Of a stretch of 64,000 nt of DNA, positions 12,633-23,929 are shown piece by piece (the first letter of the stretch is position 1; each line of letters begins with the position of its first letter). The position numbers and the translations under genes are program-made. Below the pieces are notes generated by a model, which saw nothing but the letters and a program-made list of their open reading frames with translations, was not told the origin of the DNA and did no database searches. The DNA comes from Torpedo marmorata (Eukaryota), in NCBI GenBank assembly GCA_977017645.1, contig OZ360252.1, positions 17,794,001 to 17,858,000 of the forward strand, written 5' to 3'.

Positions 12633-12855
12633 TAAATTTAGACATACAGCATGGTAACAGGCGCTTTCGGCCCACGAGCCCGGGCCGCCCAATTACACTC
12701 AATTGACCTACAACCCCCGGAGTAAAACGGAGCACCCGGGGTAAACCCACCCAGACACGGGGAGAACTATAAACTCCTTACAGACAGCTCGGGATTCGAA
12801 CCCCGGCCCTGATCGCTGGCGCTGTAACAGCGGCGTTGCGCTAACCGCGAGCTAA
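12633..12855 (-). mobile_element. tRNA-derived SINE (HE1/V-SINE-like) with CR1-like 3' end
   Basis: On the minus strand: A box-like GCGGTTAGCG, B box GGTTCGAATCC, central core, and a 3' end GGGCCGAAAGCGCCTGTTACCATGCTGTATGTCT shared with CR1 tails. Confidence 0.85.
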
Positions 12856-13218
12856 CAGGAATAATTCGTTGTAAAGGCAGTTTAAAGATTCAGGGAATAA
12901 GGGCAGGTGAAGGATAAGTAAATAAAGGGGATGTCTTCAATCGGGTAAAAAAATGGAGTGAGTGATGATACAAAATGAGACTGAGTTGTAAAGGTTTATA
13001 AATAGCAGGCGGGCACCGCCCGGGAACGCATGCGTCAGTTCTGGGTTCCAGTTAAACGTCTGAAATGTGAAATATTTTTCTCTTCAAACGCGAGATGGCC
13101 TACAGTTTCCAGCCACCTCAATTTCTGCTATCAAATGTTATATATTCCGACTTGTGGATGACAGATGTGGGCGAGATACTTGTCATTTGAAGAGTGGATG
13201 GTAAATGCAAATACACAC

Positions 13219-13326
13219 CTGAACCCTGTGGATGACTGAAATTCTTGTCAGGCAGAGTGTTCTCAATCTCTTCATAAATTGCTTGGTAAAAGGCAACGGG
13301 TGAGCCTCTGCCCCTCATCACTGCAC
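13219..13326 (-). CDS. SRCR receptor cytoplasmic exon 1 (GAVMRGRGSPVAFYQAIYEEIENTLPDKNFSHPQGS)
   Basis: Acceptor TTCCACAG, donor AG|GTGTGT, 108 nt, phase 1-1; WC1-like YEEI motif. Confidence 0.85.
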
Positions 13327-13453
13327 CTGTGGAAGTGAGGCTGAAGTTTATTCTCTGTAACGCAGATAAACTTTAGGAATGTGCCACAAAGTGAAGTTTG
13401 AATAAAATATGACCCATAGCGTATCCGAATGCACCGTGAACTTTGAAACTCAC

Positions 13454-13564
13454 CTCGTCTCCGCGACCTTGTCTGTACTATCGTCATCAGCGCGATTAGC
13501 TCAGCGAGGAGGAGGACCCCAAGGGTGATGCATGCGGCAACCATGATTGAGGGTGTCTTGTATC
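13454..13564 (-). CDS. SRCR receptor transmembrane exon (GYKTPSIMVAACITLGVLLLAELIALMTIVQTRSRRR)
   Basis: Acceptor TTAG, donor AG|GTGAGT, 111 nt, phase 1-1; hydrophobic helix followed by the basic stop-transfer RSRRR. Confidence 0.88.
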
Positions 13565-13694
13565 CTAACCATAAGATTTACATGAAGTAGACCATAAATT
13601 GACAGAAGGATTCACCATGCGCTTCTTTACACATTTGCAGCCAATGTTTATGAAGGTTAAGCACTGATCGTTCATTCTCATCTCTATCGATGTT

Positions 13695-13860
13695 TCCAAA
13701 ACACAAGCGTGCTGGAGAAACGCAGCAGATCACGCAGTATCCATTGGAAGTATAAGGTAACCAACGTTTCCGGACCGGGCCCTTTGTCAGGTATGACCTG
13801 TTGCGTTTCTCCAGCACTTTTATGTATTGAACAAGACAACAGCATCCGCAGAATTTCTGG
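13695..13860. mobile_element. Penelope-terminus-derived hairpin element enclosing a hammerhead-like core
   Basis: Inverted arms GTGCTGGAGAAACGCAGCAGATCA / TGACCTGTTGCGTTTCTCCAGCAC; the minus strand of the loop reads CTGACAAAGGGCCCGGTCCGGAAACGTT. Confidence 0.65.
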
Positions 13861-14439
13861 TTTTACGATTTTCCAAATAGATTTTGTGTGCATTGCACCA
13901 GATGAATGAGTGGGCCGTTACGAATTCCGAGACTGTTTTCTAAACAGGCCTCATTGGTGAGCAACATCCGTTGGAATGGTTAGCATTGTGTCCAGGACGC
14001 ATGATAACGTGTGCCACCAGGATAAACATGGTGAAATTAATTTGTTCTTGAATGCCACCTAAACACCCTAGCTTTGGGACTGTATCTGTTCTCGTTATTT
14101 TGGAAATTTCCGTGACTCCAGCAAGAGGCAGTGTCTGCAAACAGCCTAGGAATTCCCAATGATCAATGGCGCGAAGGGATAGAAATATGTTCACGCAAGA
14201 CTGGGCCTGGCATTTGTTTTCAGGGAGGATAGTGACACATCAACGTCACCCTTGGCTCTGTACCTATCACCATTGCACAGTGGTTATACAGACAAACGAT
14301 CCGCTCTGAGGTGCTATGCGGAGTAGCAAAGGATAGCTCAGATACGAGATCCACACTCCGCACGGATGTCACTCTCTATGTATTCAAGACTAATTCGTCC
14401 AAGGAAAAGCAGTCCCGAAGTAGTCAATAGATTCTCATC

Positions 14440-14700
14440 AAATGCACTCTTGTTCGGTCGCTTTTAAAGATAGAAAACGCAGGATCCTAGCTCATGAAGG
14501 CGAAGTCGATGGTATCGAGAACAATGCCCCAAACACGAGAACGTTCTCTAAATTGACGGATCTGAACTCTGCACGTGGGAGCATTACCACCGACAAAAAT
14601 CTCTTCCTCACGAATTGTCTTGATTGCAAGGTGTGGTAGGAATACAAATATGTTCTGGACGCACTACTCAAAGCACCACACCGTTTCTGTTCTTTGAAGG
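14440..14700 (+). mobile_element. Very old L1/Tx1-like RT remnant
   Basis: ARGSITTDKNLFL resembles the Tx1 thumb-region motif RSLSITGKNLVI; no other motif is clearly preserved. Confidence 0.3.
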
Positions 14701-14952
14701 ACACCCGCGATTCATTAAGGCTGTTGAACAGCGGCTGTCCCGCTGCCGTTACCCGCGATGACCTCTCTACCGAGATATTTGGCTGGAGGTGGGAGATCCT
14801 GGTTTCAGCGACTGTTCTTATGAACTTTCTTATCAACGGGCGATTACATACTGTTCTTATTAAGTCGTGAATATCATCTTATTCAGAAAAAAAAACAACT
14901 ATTAATTTTCCTTCAAGCTATAATTGCCAGAATATATATTTGTAATAAATAC

Positions 14953-14988
14953 CTGAATCGTTGGAGCCAGCAGCCGACAAAACGGGAT
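14953..14988 (-). CDS. SRCR receptor stalk/linker exon (DPVLSAAGSNDS)
   Basis: Acceptor CCACAG, donor AG|GTATTT, 36 nt, phase 1-1; keeps the frame between SRCR7 and the TM exon. Confidence 0.65.
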
Positions 14989-15106
14989 CTGTGGATATTA
15001 TTGAATCAACATTTCAGCGACTTCATACAGTTAGGATTGAGAAAACGAAATTACGACATGAAGGAATCGGTTGAAGAGGTGATTGAAACTGTACAAAGAC
15101 ACGTAC

Positions 15107-15418
15107 CAGAACAAAAGACAATGACGTCTTCCTTATGGTCACAGTCGTGTTGGCTGAGTTGTGAGGAGCGACAGCTGGAGAGAAGGGATTCACTTCCTTT
15201 GCATTTCACTTCATCCAACCAGATGTCACCGTCGCCGTTGGCAATGATCGATTCTCCTGGGGTCCAACGAGCAGGGCCACACCCCAACTGTCTGCAGACT
15301 ACATCAGCGTCGGCCAGATCCCAGGAGTCGTCACACACCGTACCCGAACGATTATTCCACACTATCTCCAACCTTCCGGAGCAACGGGTGCTGCCGCCAA
15401 CCAGCTGTAGTGACAGTG
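15107..15418 (-). CDS. SRCR domain 7 exon (group B, 8 Cys)
   Basis: LQLVGGSTRCSGRLEI...GTVCDDSWD...VVCRQLGCG...WLDEVKC...CDHKEDVIVFCS; CTTCTCAG acceptor, G|GTACGT donor, 312 nt. Confidence 0.95.
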
Positions 15419-15661
15419 CTGAGAAGAGCAGGAATAAAATTATTTTAATTAATTTCAAGTGAGAGACAGGTGAAATACATTTCACGTAACGTTGCGTGAA
15501 CTGAATCACCTGCAATGTTCGATTCTGATTCTTCATGGCAGATCTTTCCCTTATCGGATCCCTCCGGCACTTTGGTTTCTGTTGGCAAGAGGAACATGGT
15601 GACGGATTTGTACATCTATGTTTAAAATGTCAGCCGCCGTTTCATGGCTCCCTAATTTTAC

Positions 15662-15979
15662 CTTCACAAGCAACGCCTGCATCATCCTTGTGCTTACAGT
15701 TGTGTTCTCCCCAAGGGGCTGATTTACATTGCCAGAGGGTTGACTCGTGCGATGAACAGTCCAGATCATCGAGCCATATTTGCCCAGATCCTTGTCCATA
15801 TTTCGCGGCATCAATTTGAAATGATTTGTGGGGTCCACATTTTAGTTGTTTACAAACCACATCTGCAGCGTTCAGGTTGAATCCATCGGAGCACACTGTG
15901 CCCCACGTCCCATTGTACAGCACTTCCACTCTTCCTTCACATCGATGCCGTCCGTTCTTCAGGCGCATTTCTTTGTGAT
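15662..15979 (-). CDS. SRCR domain 6 exon (group B, 8 Cys)
   Basis: MRLKNGRHRCEGRVEVLYNGTWGTVC...WLDDLDC...CKHKDDAGVACE; TAG acceptor, AG|GTAAAA donor, 318 nt. Confidence 0.95.
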
Positions 15980-17499
15980 CTATCAACGAAAGAAGTTATG
16001 TACATTTTACCGCAATTTTTTCAAACCACCACCAGGAAAGATCTGTTTTGACTTACAGAAAAACAAGAAATACAAACAGATTATCTTGAAAACACATGAG
16101 GAAGAGGCTAATGGGGCGGAACAGTAATATTCTGAAAAGACGAGAGCGCGAACTGGCTGAATATGGAGGTTTGGGGGAATGAGTGTCTGGAATGTGCATG
16201 ATTGTTCTGTCTTTGACCGTGATGCGGTGGTGAGAACATTGCCGATGATCAATGGCTTGTTGTCAGGGAATCGCCGTTCAGAAAGTTGGATCCGCTGTGC
16301 ATCATGTTCAAGGATTTGTCTCCATCATGAGGCGCTCCGCTCCTCTGTACAGCTCACCAACCAGTTCCCTTTGACCGCAGGTCATGCTACAACTGCAGGA
16401 GGCGCGACACCATTGCTTTCGCACATTCCCCAAGGACTCAAACAGTCCTTGCAGGTGAAATAGGGATTCACTTGAACTTATTCCAATCACTAAATTGCAT
16501 TCTATGCCACAGAATTGTCCACTCTATATTTATTAAACTATTGCGAAGCACTTTCATTCAGTCGGCAAGAGTGGTCCTGAGCCTATCGAACACTTCAAAT
16601 AACTCTCCCACTTCCACTCCTTGATTTCCATCTGTGAGGCCCCGTGGTGATGCATGGAAGCTAAACACAACCGTGCGGAACAACACCATATCTTCCATCT
16701 GGACACGGCAAACGCTTCCGGATTCGATAACATTGTCACAATTTTTAAGCAAATCAAATTTTAATCCAATTACAATTTTCCATATCTGTCTTTTATCATG
16801 TCCGCTTAGTTGTGTGCTCTCTCAATTTAACCTGTCGGGATCACCCGCAGCAACATATTACACAAACACAGAAAAATAATCTGAACCCCAAAATTACGCC
16901 AACTGTCACATTCATGGCCACCCTATCCGAAATATTCATTTCGTTCTTCCAAACCCACTCCCAGCTTTTATTCAACATGGTTTTCACTCCGTTCCGGCTT
17001 CTTTGTATTTCCAAAGTGTCAGAGTTTCTGCAGTCTGCTTCAGCCTGTTACAAAATGTCGCTCTCCTTTCATTATATATTTCTGACATCATGTGTCATTA
17101 CATCACCACAGTTTTAGTTTCATTTTCAGAAGCATTACCTCATGTCTTTCTTCAAAATCACTTATATCCACAAAAACATCTGACCCCATCTCTGTTCCAA
17201 GAGGCTTAAGTGATTATGATTTCAAATTCTCTGATTGCCATCAGCCAGCACCATACAGTGTAAACAAAAATGCTTTTAAGCACCTACGTCAGTTTTATGG
17301 CATATGTCTTTCAAGACGCGACGACTCCGAAAATTCCCAGCTGCAATTTCTTTCTCTCAGTAATGTTTTTTTCTGCAAATGTGCTGTGACCTGTTTGTGA
17401 CCCAATACCAGCCCACAACTAACCTTACTAAGATATATAATTCTGTAGCTTAACATTAAATATTAATATTAACATTAACACATGCGTTACACCTTCATC

Positions 17500-17670
17500 C
17501 CCAATCTTTTATGCAGAAGGCTGCCTGCATTTTACTCATACATTGAAGAAAGGCTCAGGCCCGAGATATTGGTTATATGTCTTTGCCTCCCATGGACGCT
17601 GCGAGACCTGCTGAATTCTCCAGCATGTTTTTGTTCATCCTACGTTAGAGCGCCTGCAGACTTTTGTGTT
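17500..17670 (+). mobile_element. Penelope-like element terminus (pLTR) with degenerate hammerhead
   Basis: TTGAAGAAAGGCTCAGGCCCGAGATATT...GACCTGCTGAATTCTCCAGCA...CTGCAGACTTT; collinear with 62190-62370. Confidence 0.7.
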
Positions 17671-17952
17671 TCATTTAATTTCCAGCATGAATATTTGGAA
17701 ATGTCAACCAGAATCTATAGTGGCTTAAAATTAGATGAAGGTCTTCCTGAGTTACAGTAAGTAGAATTGGGAATAAAATGAGAGCAAACCAGAACAGTGA
17801 GAAAATATCGCTGAATAGTAGACCTGAAGAAAGTAACTGTAAGAGTTAGACGTGGTATCTCAGATTTATGCAATGACGAAGAGGTATTAAACTTCAAATA
17901 ACTATGATAACTGTGATGCAGCAGAAAATGAACAGATTGAATGCGCCCTCAC

Positions 17953-18267
17953 CAGAACATGTTATTGACACATCCTCTTTATGCGTACAGTCGTGTTCTC
18001 CCCACCTCGCTGACAGACATTCCCAGAGGCATGATTCGTTCCCCGAACATCTCACTTCATCCAACCAAACTGTCCCAGAGCTTCGTCCGCAGTAATGGGG
18101 ACGTTTGTTCTCCAAAGCATTTCCGCAACCTAGCTGCCTGCAGACCACGTTTGCGTCAACCACATCCCAGGAGTCATCACAAACTGTGCCCCAAGTACCA
18201 TTGTAATAAACCTCCAGTCGTCCAGCGCATATATCTCCACCGTCAGACAGCCGTAGTTTCAAGTGGT
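17953..18267 (-). CDS. SRCR domain 5 exon (group B, 8 canonical plus 2 extra Cys)
   Basis: LRLSDGGDICAGRLEVYYNGTWGTVCDDSWD...CTHKEDVSITCS; CAACAG acceptor, G|GTGAGG donor, 315 nt. Confidence 0.95.
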
Positions 18268-18764
18268 CTGTTGAACAACAAAACAGAAGAGAATTCGCTT
18301 CATTACATATTGACCACATCACAGAGTTAGGCAAGATATTGGCGGATGCTGCGGCCCAGTGCAGTACACAAACATGCTGGACATACGCAGCAGATCAACA
18401 GGATTGAATTTAGGAGCAGGAAGGCTATGCTGCAATTGTGAAAAGTACTGGTGAGGCAGCATCTTGAATACTACGTACAGTTGTGGTCTCATTACTTGAT
18501 GAAGGAGGAACTGGATTTGGGGGCGGTGCAGATGAGGTTTACTGGGTTGATTCCAGAGAAGAGGGGGATTAGCGTATGAGCAGAGATTGATTCGTCTGGG
18601 ACTGTACTCGCTGGAATTTAGAAGAATAAGTGGGTATCATATAGAAACGTATAACATTTTGAAAGTCATACATAAGATCGAGGTAGGTAATTTGTTTCAT
18701 TGGTTGGGGAGAATAGAACTGGGGACATAGCCTCAACATTCAGGGCAGTAGATTTATGACGGAG

Positions 18765-21700
18765 CACGGAGTCTGGTGCTGTGGAAAATAAGGGAAGGAG
18801 GAAAAAGTGGCGCGTTGTAGTGATAGGGGATTCCATCGTTAGGAAGACAGTTGAGAGGTTCTGTGCATCCGGATGGTATGTTGCCTCCCTGGTGGCAAGG
18901 TCTGGGATATCTCAGTTCAAGTTCACGACATTCGTAGGTGGGAGGGTGATCGGCCAGATGTCGTGGTCCATATAGGGACAAATGACATAGGTAGGAAGGG
19001 TGTGGACGTCCTGAAAGGAGAGCTCAGGGAGTTTGGCGCTAGGTTGATGAGGAGAACCTCCAGGGTACTGATCTCAGGATTTACTCCAATGCTTCGTGTG
19101 GAGAGGTTAGAAATAGGAGGATAAGGCATCTTAACACGTGGCTGGGTCATGGTGTAGTAGGGAGGGCTTCAGGTTTATCGACCAGTGGGCTCTGTTCCAG
19201 GGAAGGAGGAATCTGTATCGACGGGATGGATTGCATCGGAACTGGAAGGGGATTAATATCCTTGCGGGTAGGTGTGTTAGTGTTGTCCCGATGGGATTAA
19301 ACTAGATTTGCAGGGGGAGGGGAAGCAGATTTTTAGAGCAGTTAGTGAGAAGGAGGTGGATAAGGGTCATGCGAAGACTGCATGTATAGACAGAAATCAA
19401 AGGTTTGTACGTGATAGAAATTTTCTCAGTTGTATTTATTTTAACGCAAGGAGTATTTTCAGAAGGAATGACGATCTTAGGGCATGGATCTACACTTGGG
19501 ATTACGACATTATTGCTTTCAGTGAGACTTGATTGCAGGAGGGGCAGGACTGGCAGCGTAATATTCCGGAGTTCCGTTGCTTCAGACGTGATACAGGGGG
19601 AGGGATGCAAAGGGGGAGGAGTGGCAGTGCTCGTCAGGGAAAATATCGCAGCTGTGCGAAGTGAGTACAGCCAGGAGGGTTTGTCTACAGAGGCCATATG
19701 GGCGGAGTTGAGGAACGGGAAATGTGTGACCACACTGACAGGGTTGTATTATAGACTGCCCAAAAGTCAGAGAGGATTGGAGGAGCAAATATTTAGAGAG
19801 ATAGCAGACCGATGTAAGAAGCAGAAAGTTGTGATAGTTGGAGATTTTAACTTTCCAAATATTGACTGGGACTCCCATAATCTGAAAGGGCTGGATGGCT
19901 TGGAGTTTGTGAAATGTGTTCAGGATAGTATTCTAAATCAATATATTGATGTACCAACGAGAGAGGATGCAGTACTTGATCTCCTATCAGGGAACAAGAC
20001 AGGTTAGGTGGCAGATGTATGTGCAGGCGAACATTTTGGGGCCAGTGACCATAATGACATTAGCTTCAAGTTAATTATGGAAAAGGGTAAGTCTGGTCCT
20101 CATGTTGGGATTCTAAATTGGAGGAAGGCAAATTTTGTGGAAATGAGAAAAGATCTAGGAAGAGTGGATTGGGATATGTTGTTTTCTGGCAAGGGTGTGT
20201 TAAGTAAGTGGATAGCCTTCAAAGGCGAAATTGTGTGAGTGCATAGTTTGCATGTTCCTGTTAGGATTAAAGGCAAATTTAGCAGGCAAAGGGAACCTTG
20301 GTTTTCAAGGGATATTGGCGATCTGGTTAAGAAGAAGAGGGAGGTGTATAGCAAGTATAGGCAACAAGGTGCTAATGAGATACTTGAAGAGTACAGAAAA
20401 TGCTGGAAAATACTCAAGAAGGAAATCACGAAGGCAAAACGAAGACATGAGGTTGCTTTGACAATAATGTGAAAGTAGTTGCGAAGGGTTTCTTCAAGTA
20501 TATTAAGAGTAAAAAGATAGTAAGCTACAAAGTTGGTCCCCTAGAGGGTCAGAGTAGTCAACTATGTGTGCAGCCTCAAGTAATGGGGTAGATCTTAAAC
20601 AATTTTTCTGCATCAATATTTACTCAGGAAACTTGCATAGTGCATAAGGAAGGACGGGAAATAAACATAAGTGTAATAGTACATAATTCGCTGAACGTTG
20701 AATCACACATAGATAGCGTGGTGAAGAAAGTATTTAGTATGTTGGCCATAAATCAGAGCATTGAATACAGGAGTTTGGATGTCATGTTGAAGTTGAATAA
20801 GGCATTGGCGAGGCCAAATTTGGAATATTGTGTGCAGCTTTGGTCGCCGAATTATAGGAAGGATATAAACAGAATCGAGAGAGTGCAGAGGAGATTTACA
20901 AGAATGTTGCCAGGGTTTCTGGGTTTGAATTACAAGGACAGGTTGAGCATGCTGGGACATTATTCCCTGTAGCGTAGAAGTTTGAGGGGTGATTTAATAG
21001 AGGTATTTAAAATTATGAAGGGGACAGATAGAGTCAATGTGGACAGGATTATTCCATTGAGAATGGGTGTGATACAAACAAGAGGGCATGGATTGAGATT
21101 GAAGGGGAAAAGTTTAGAGGAAGCATGAGGGGGAATTTCTTCACTCCGAGGGTGGTGGGAGAGTGGAACGAGATTGCGACCGAAGTGGTAGATGCAGGTT
21201 TAATTGTAATGTTTAAGGAAACTTTGGATTGTTATATGGACGAGAGAGGTGTGAAGGGTTTGGGGCCTGGTGCGGGCCAGTGGGACTAGGTGGGAGAAGA
21301 TGTTCGGCATGGACTAGAAGGGCCGAACTGGCCTGTTTCTGTTCTGTAATTGTTATATGGTTATATTGTTATATGAAACATATTGGGATTAAGGAGGTGG
21401 AAGTGCTTGCTGCCTTACAGTGAATAAAGGTAGATAAATGCCCCGGGCCCGATATGATATTCAGTCGTACATTGAGGGAGACTAGTGTTGAAATTGTAGG
21501 AGCCCTGGCTGATATATTCAAAATGTCCATAGCCACAGGTGAGATGACAGAGGATTGGAGGTTAGCATATGTTTTCCCGTTTTTTAAAAAAATGGCTTAA
21601 AAAGTAAACCAGGTAATGATACGCCGGTGAGCCTGACGTCAGTAGTAGGTAAACCATTCTGAGCAGTTCTCAGAGATAGGATATATAGGTATCTGGACAG

Positions 21701-22991
21701 CCATGGGCTGATTAAGGACAGTCAGCATGGCTTTGGCTTGTTAGATCGTGTTTAACGAAACTTGTCGAGTTTTTGCAGGAGGTTACCAAGACAGCAGATA
21801 AAGGAAAGGCTGTGGATGTTTTCTACTTGGACTTTAGTAAGGCCTTTGACAAGGTCCCACACGGGAGGTTAGTTCCAAAGGTTGAGACATTATGTATCCA
21901 TGGAGAGGTTGTAAACTAGATTCGAAATTCGCTGTGTGGGAGAAAACAGAGAGTGGTAGTAGATGGTTGCTTCTCAGACTGGAGGCCTGTGACTAGTGGT
22001 GTGCCTCAGGGATTTGTGTTGGGACCATTGTTGTTTGTTGACGGGATCAATGATATGGAAGATAATTTGGTAAATTGGATCAGCAGTTTTCCTGATAACA
22101 CAAATATAGGAGCCGTTGTGCACAGTGAGGAAGAATTTCAAAGCTTGCAGAGGGATCTGGACCAACTTGGAGAATGGGCCAAAAATGGCAGATGGAGTTT
22201 AATGCAGAGAAGTGTGAGGTGATGCATTATGGAAGGGCAAAGCAAGGTAGGACATACACAGTAAATGGTAGGGCACTGGGGAGTGCGGAGGAGCAAAGCG
22301 ATCTGGGAATACAGATACATTGTTCCCTGAAGGTGGCGTCGCAGATGGACAGGATTGTAAAGAAAGCTTTTGGTATCTTAGCCTTTATAAATCAAAGTAT
22401 TGAGTTTCGGAATTGGAATGTTGTGTTGAAGTGGTTTAAGACATTGGTGAGGCCATATTTGGACTATTGTGTGCAGTTCAGGTCATCTAACTACAGGAAA
22501 GATATCAGTAAGATTGAAAGAGTGCAGAGAGGATTTGCTAGGATGTTGCCGGGACTTCAGGAGTTGAGTTACAGGGAAAGATTAAACAGGTTTGGAATTT
22601 ATTTTTTGGAGCGAAGAAGGAAGGGAGGAGATTTGCTGGAGGTTTACAAGATTATGAGAGGTATAGACACACTGATGCGAGTAGGCTTTTCCACTCAGAT
22701 TGGGGGAGATAAATACGAGAGGTCATAGTGTTAAACTGAAAGGGGAAAGGTTTAGGGGGAATATTAGGGGAAAGTTCATCAATCAGAGAGTGGTGGGAGT
22801 GTGGAATGGGCTGCCATCTGATGTGGTGAATCCGCGCTCGATCTTAGGTTTTAAGAAAAGATTGGATAGATACATGGATGGGAGAGGTCTGGGGGTTATG
22901 GAGTGGGAGAAGATCAAGCGGAATAGTGGTTGGCACAGACTAGAAGGGTCGGATGGCCTGTTTTCTTTGCTGTAGCGTTCTGTGGTTCTAT
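18765..22991 (+). mobile_element. Near full-length CR1 LINE: ORF1 SGNH/GDSL esterase plus ORF2 EN-RT, decayed
   Basis: VVVIGDSIVR, VCCLPG, VVVHIGTNDIG (esterase); GGGVAVLV, VGDFNFPNIDW, SDHN (EN); SKAFDKVPH, GVPQGFVLGPLLF (RT); tail TTCTGTGGTTCTATG. Confidence 0.92.
20677..21372 (+). mobile_element. Innermost CR1 3' fragment (TTATATGG-tail subfamily)
   Basis: ORF2 C-terminus RPNLEYCVQLWSPNY and the tail TTATATGGTTATATTGTTATATG interrupt the linker region of the host CR1; same subfamily as 50325-51775. Confidence 0.8.
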
Positions 22992-23269
22992 GGAGATGAT
23001 GAACAACTTCTTTTCCCAGAGGGCGGTGAATCTATGGAATTCGCTGCCCATTGAAGTATTGGAGGCTACAATAAATATATTTAAGACAAGGTTGGATAGA
23101 TTTTACATAGTAGGTGAATTAAGGTAATGGGAAAAAGGCAGGTGGGTGGAGATGAACCCATCATCAGATCAGCCATGACCTCATTGAATAGCAGAGCAGG
23201 CGCGACGGCACGGGTGGCCTACTCCTTTAACTATTCCTTATGTTCAGTATTCATGGAAAGCAAAAGACT

Positions 23270-23860
23270 CTCGACTTCTTCAGGACTGCCGAAATTCTCG
23301 AAGAAGCCCGTGTAACGCGGCTGGATGTGAGGTGAATACAGGTGGGCGTGGGAGAATGCAGGGGCAAGGTGCTCGGTCAAGTGGGCAAAGGTGAAAACAA
23401 CTGCTCTCTGATAGAAGGAAGCGAAGGTGCTGGATATCTGGAGAAAGGGGACAGAGAGATGAGGGAACGAGAGAGACTGGGAGCAGGAGGTATGAGAAAA
23501 TAGAGATGTCTATATTAATGCCCTCTGGTTGGAGAATGTCGAGACGTAATAGAAGGCGCTGTTCCTCCAATTTACCAATGGCCTCAACTTGGCAGCACAC
23601 GTGGCCATGGACAAACATGTCAGTGTGGTAATCGGGTGCGGAATTGAAATGGCAGGGCACTGGAAGCTCCTTGCTGTTGCAGCGGACAGGGCAAGGTCTC
23701 AAGGAAACGTTCTCCATGTCTTCGTCCAGGCTCCCCGATGCAGAGGAGGCCACAACGGGAGCACCCGATGCAGTAAATGACTCCTGTCGATTCACAAGTG
23801 AAGTGACGCTTTCACATGGAAGGACTGTTTGGGTCTGAGTTGTTTCGGTGTGCTCACGTT
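23270..23860 (-). mobile_element. Penelope-like element 3' fragment (GIY-YIG region), decayed
   Basis: Minus-strand fragments FTCESTGVIYCIGC and PVPCHFNS..HTDMFVHG..KLEEQRLLLRLDILQPEGINID. Confidence 0.8.
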
Positions 23861-23929
23861 TATCCAAGCTCGAGCTTCTTTCGATAGGATTAATGAATCA
23901 CCTCGGATCACCTCGAAAACAACAATTCA

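Larger units (their letters stand above)
18400..23250 (+). mobile_element. Outer CR1 3' fragment split by nested insertions (pieces 18400-18764 and 22992-23250)
   Basis: LEYYVQLWS...GHSL in the first piece continues as FFSQRAVNLWNSLP in the second; GGAG is duplicated at both junctions; TTATGTTC-type tail. Confidence 0.75.

Noticed and set aside
12780-12855. tRNA-like A/B boxes
   Set aside because: They are the head of a SINE with its core and CR1-like tail; there is no complete cloverleaf.
15001-15462. 153-aa plus-strand ORF (and similar ORFs at 17941, 26031, 33357 and 39103)
   Set aside because: Antisense shadows of SRCR exons.
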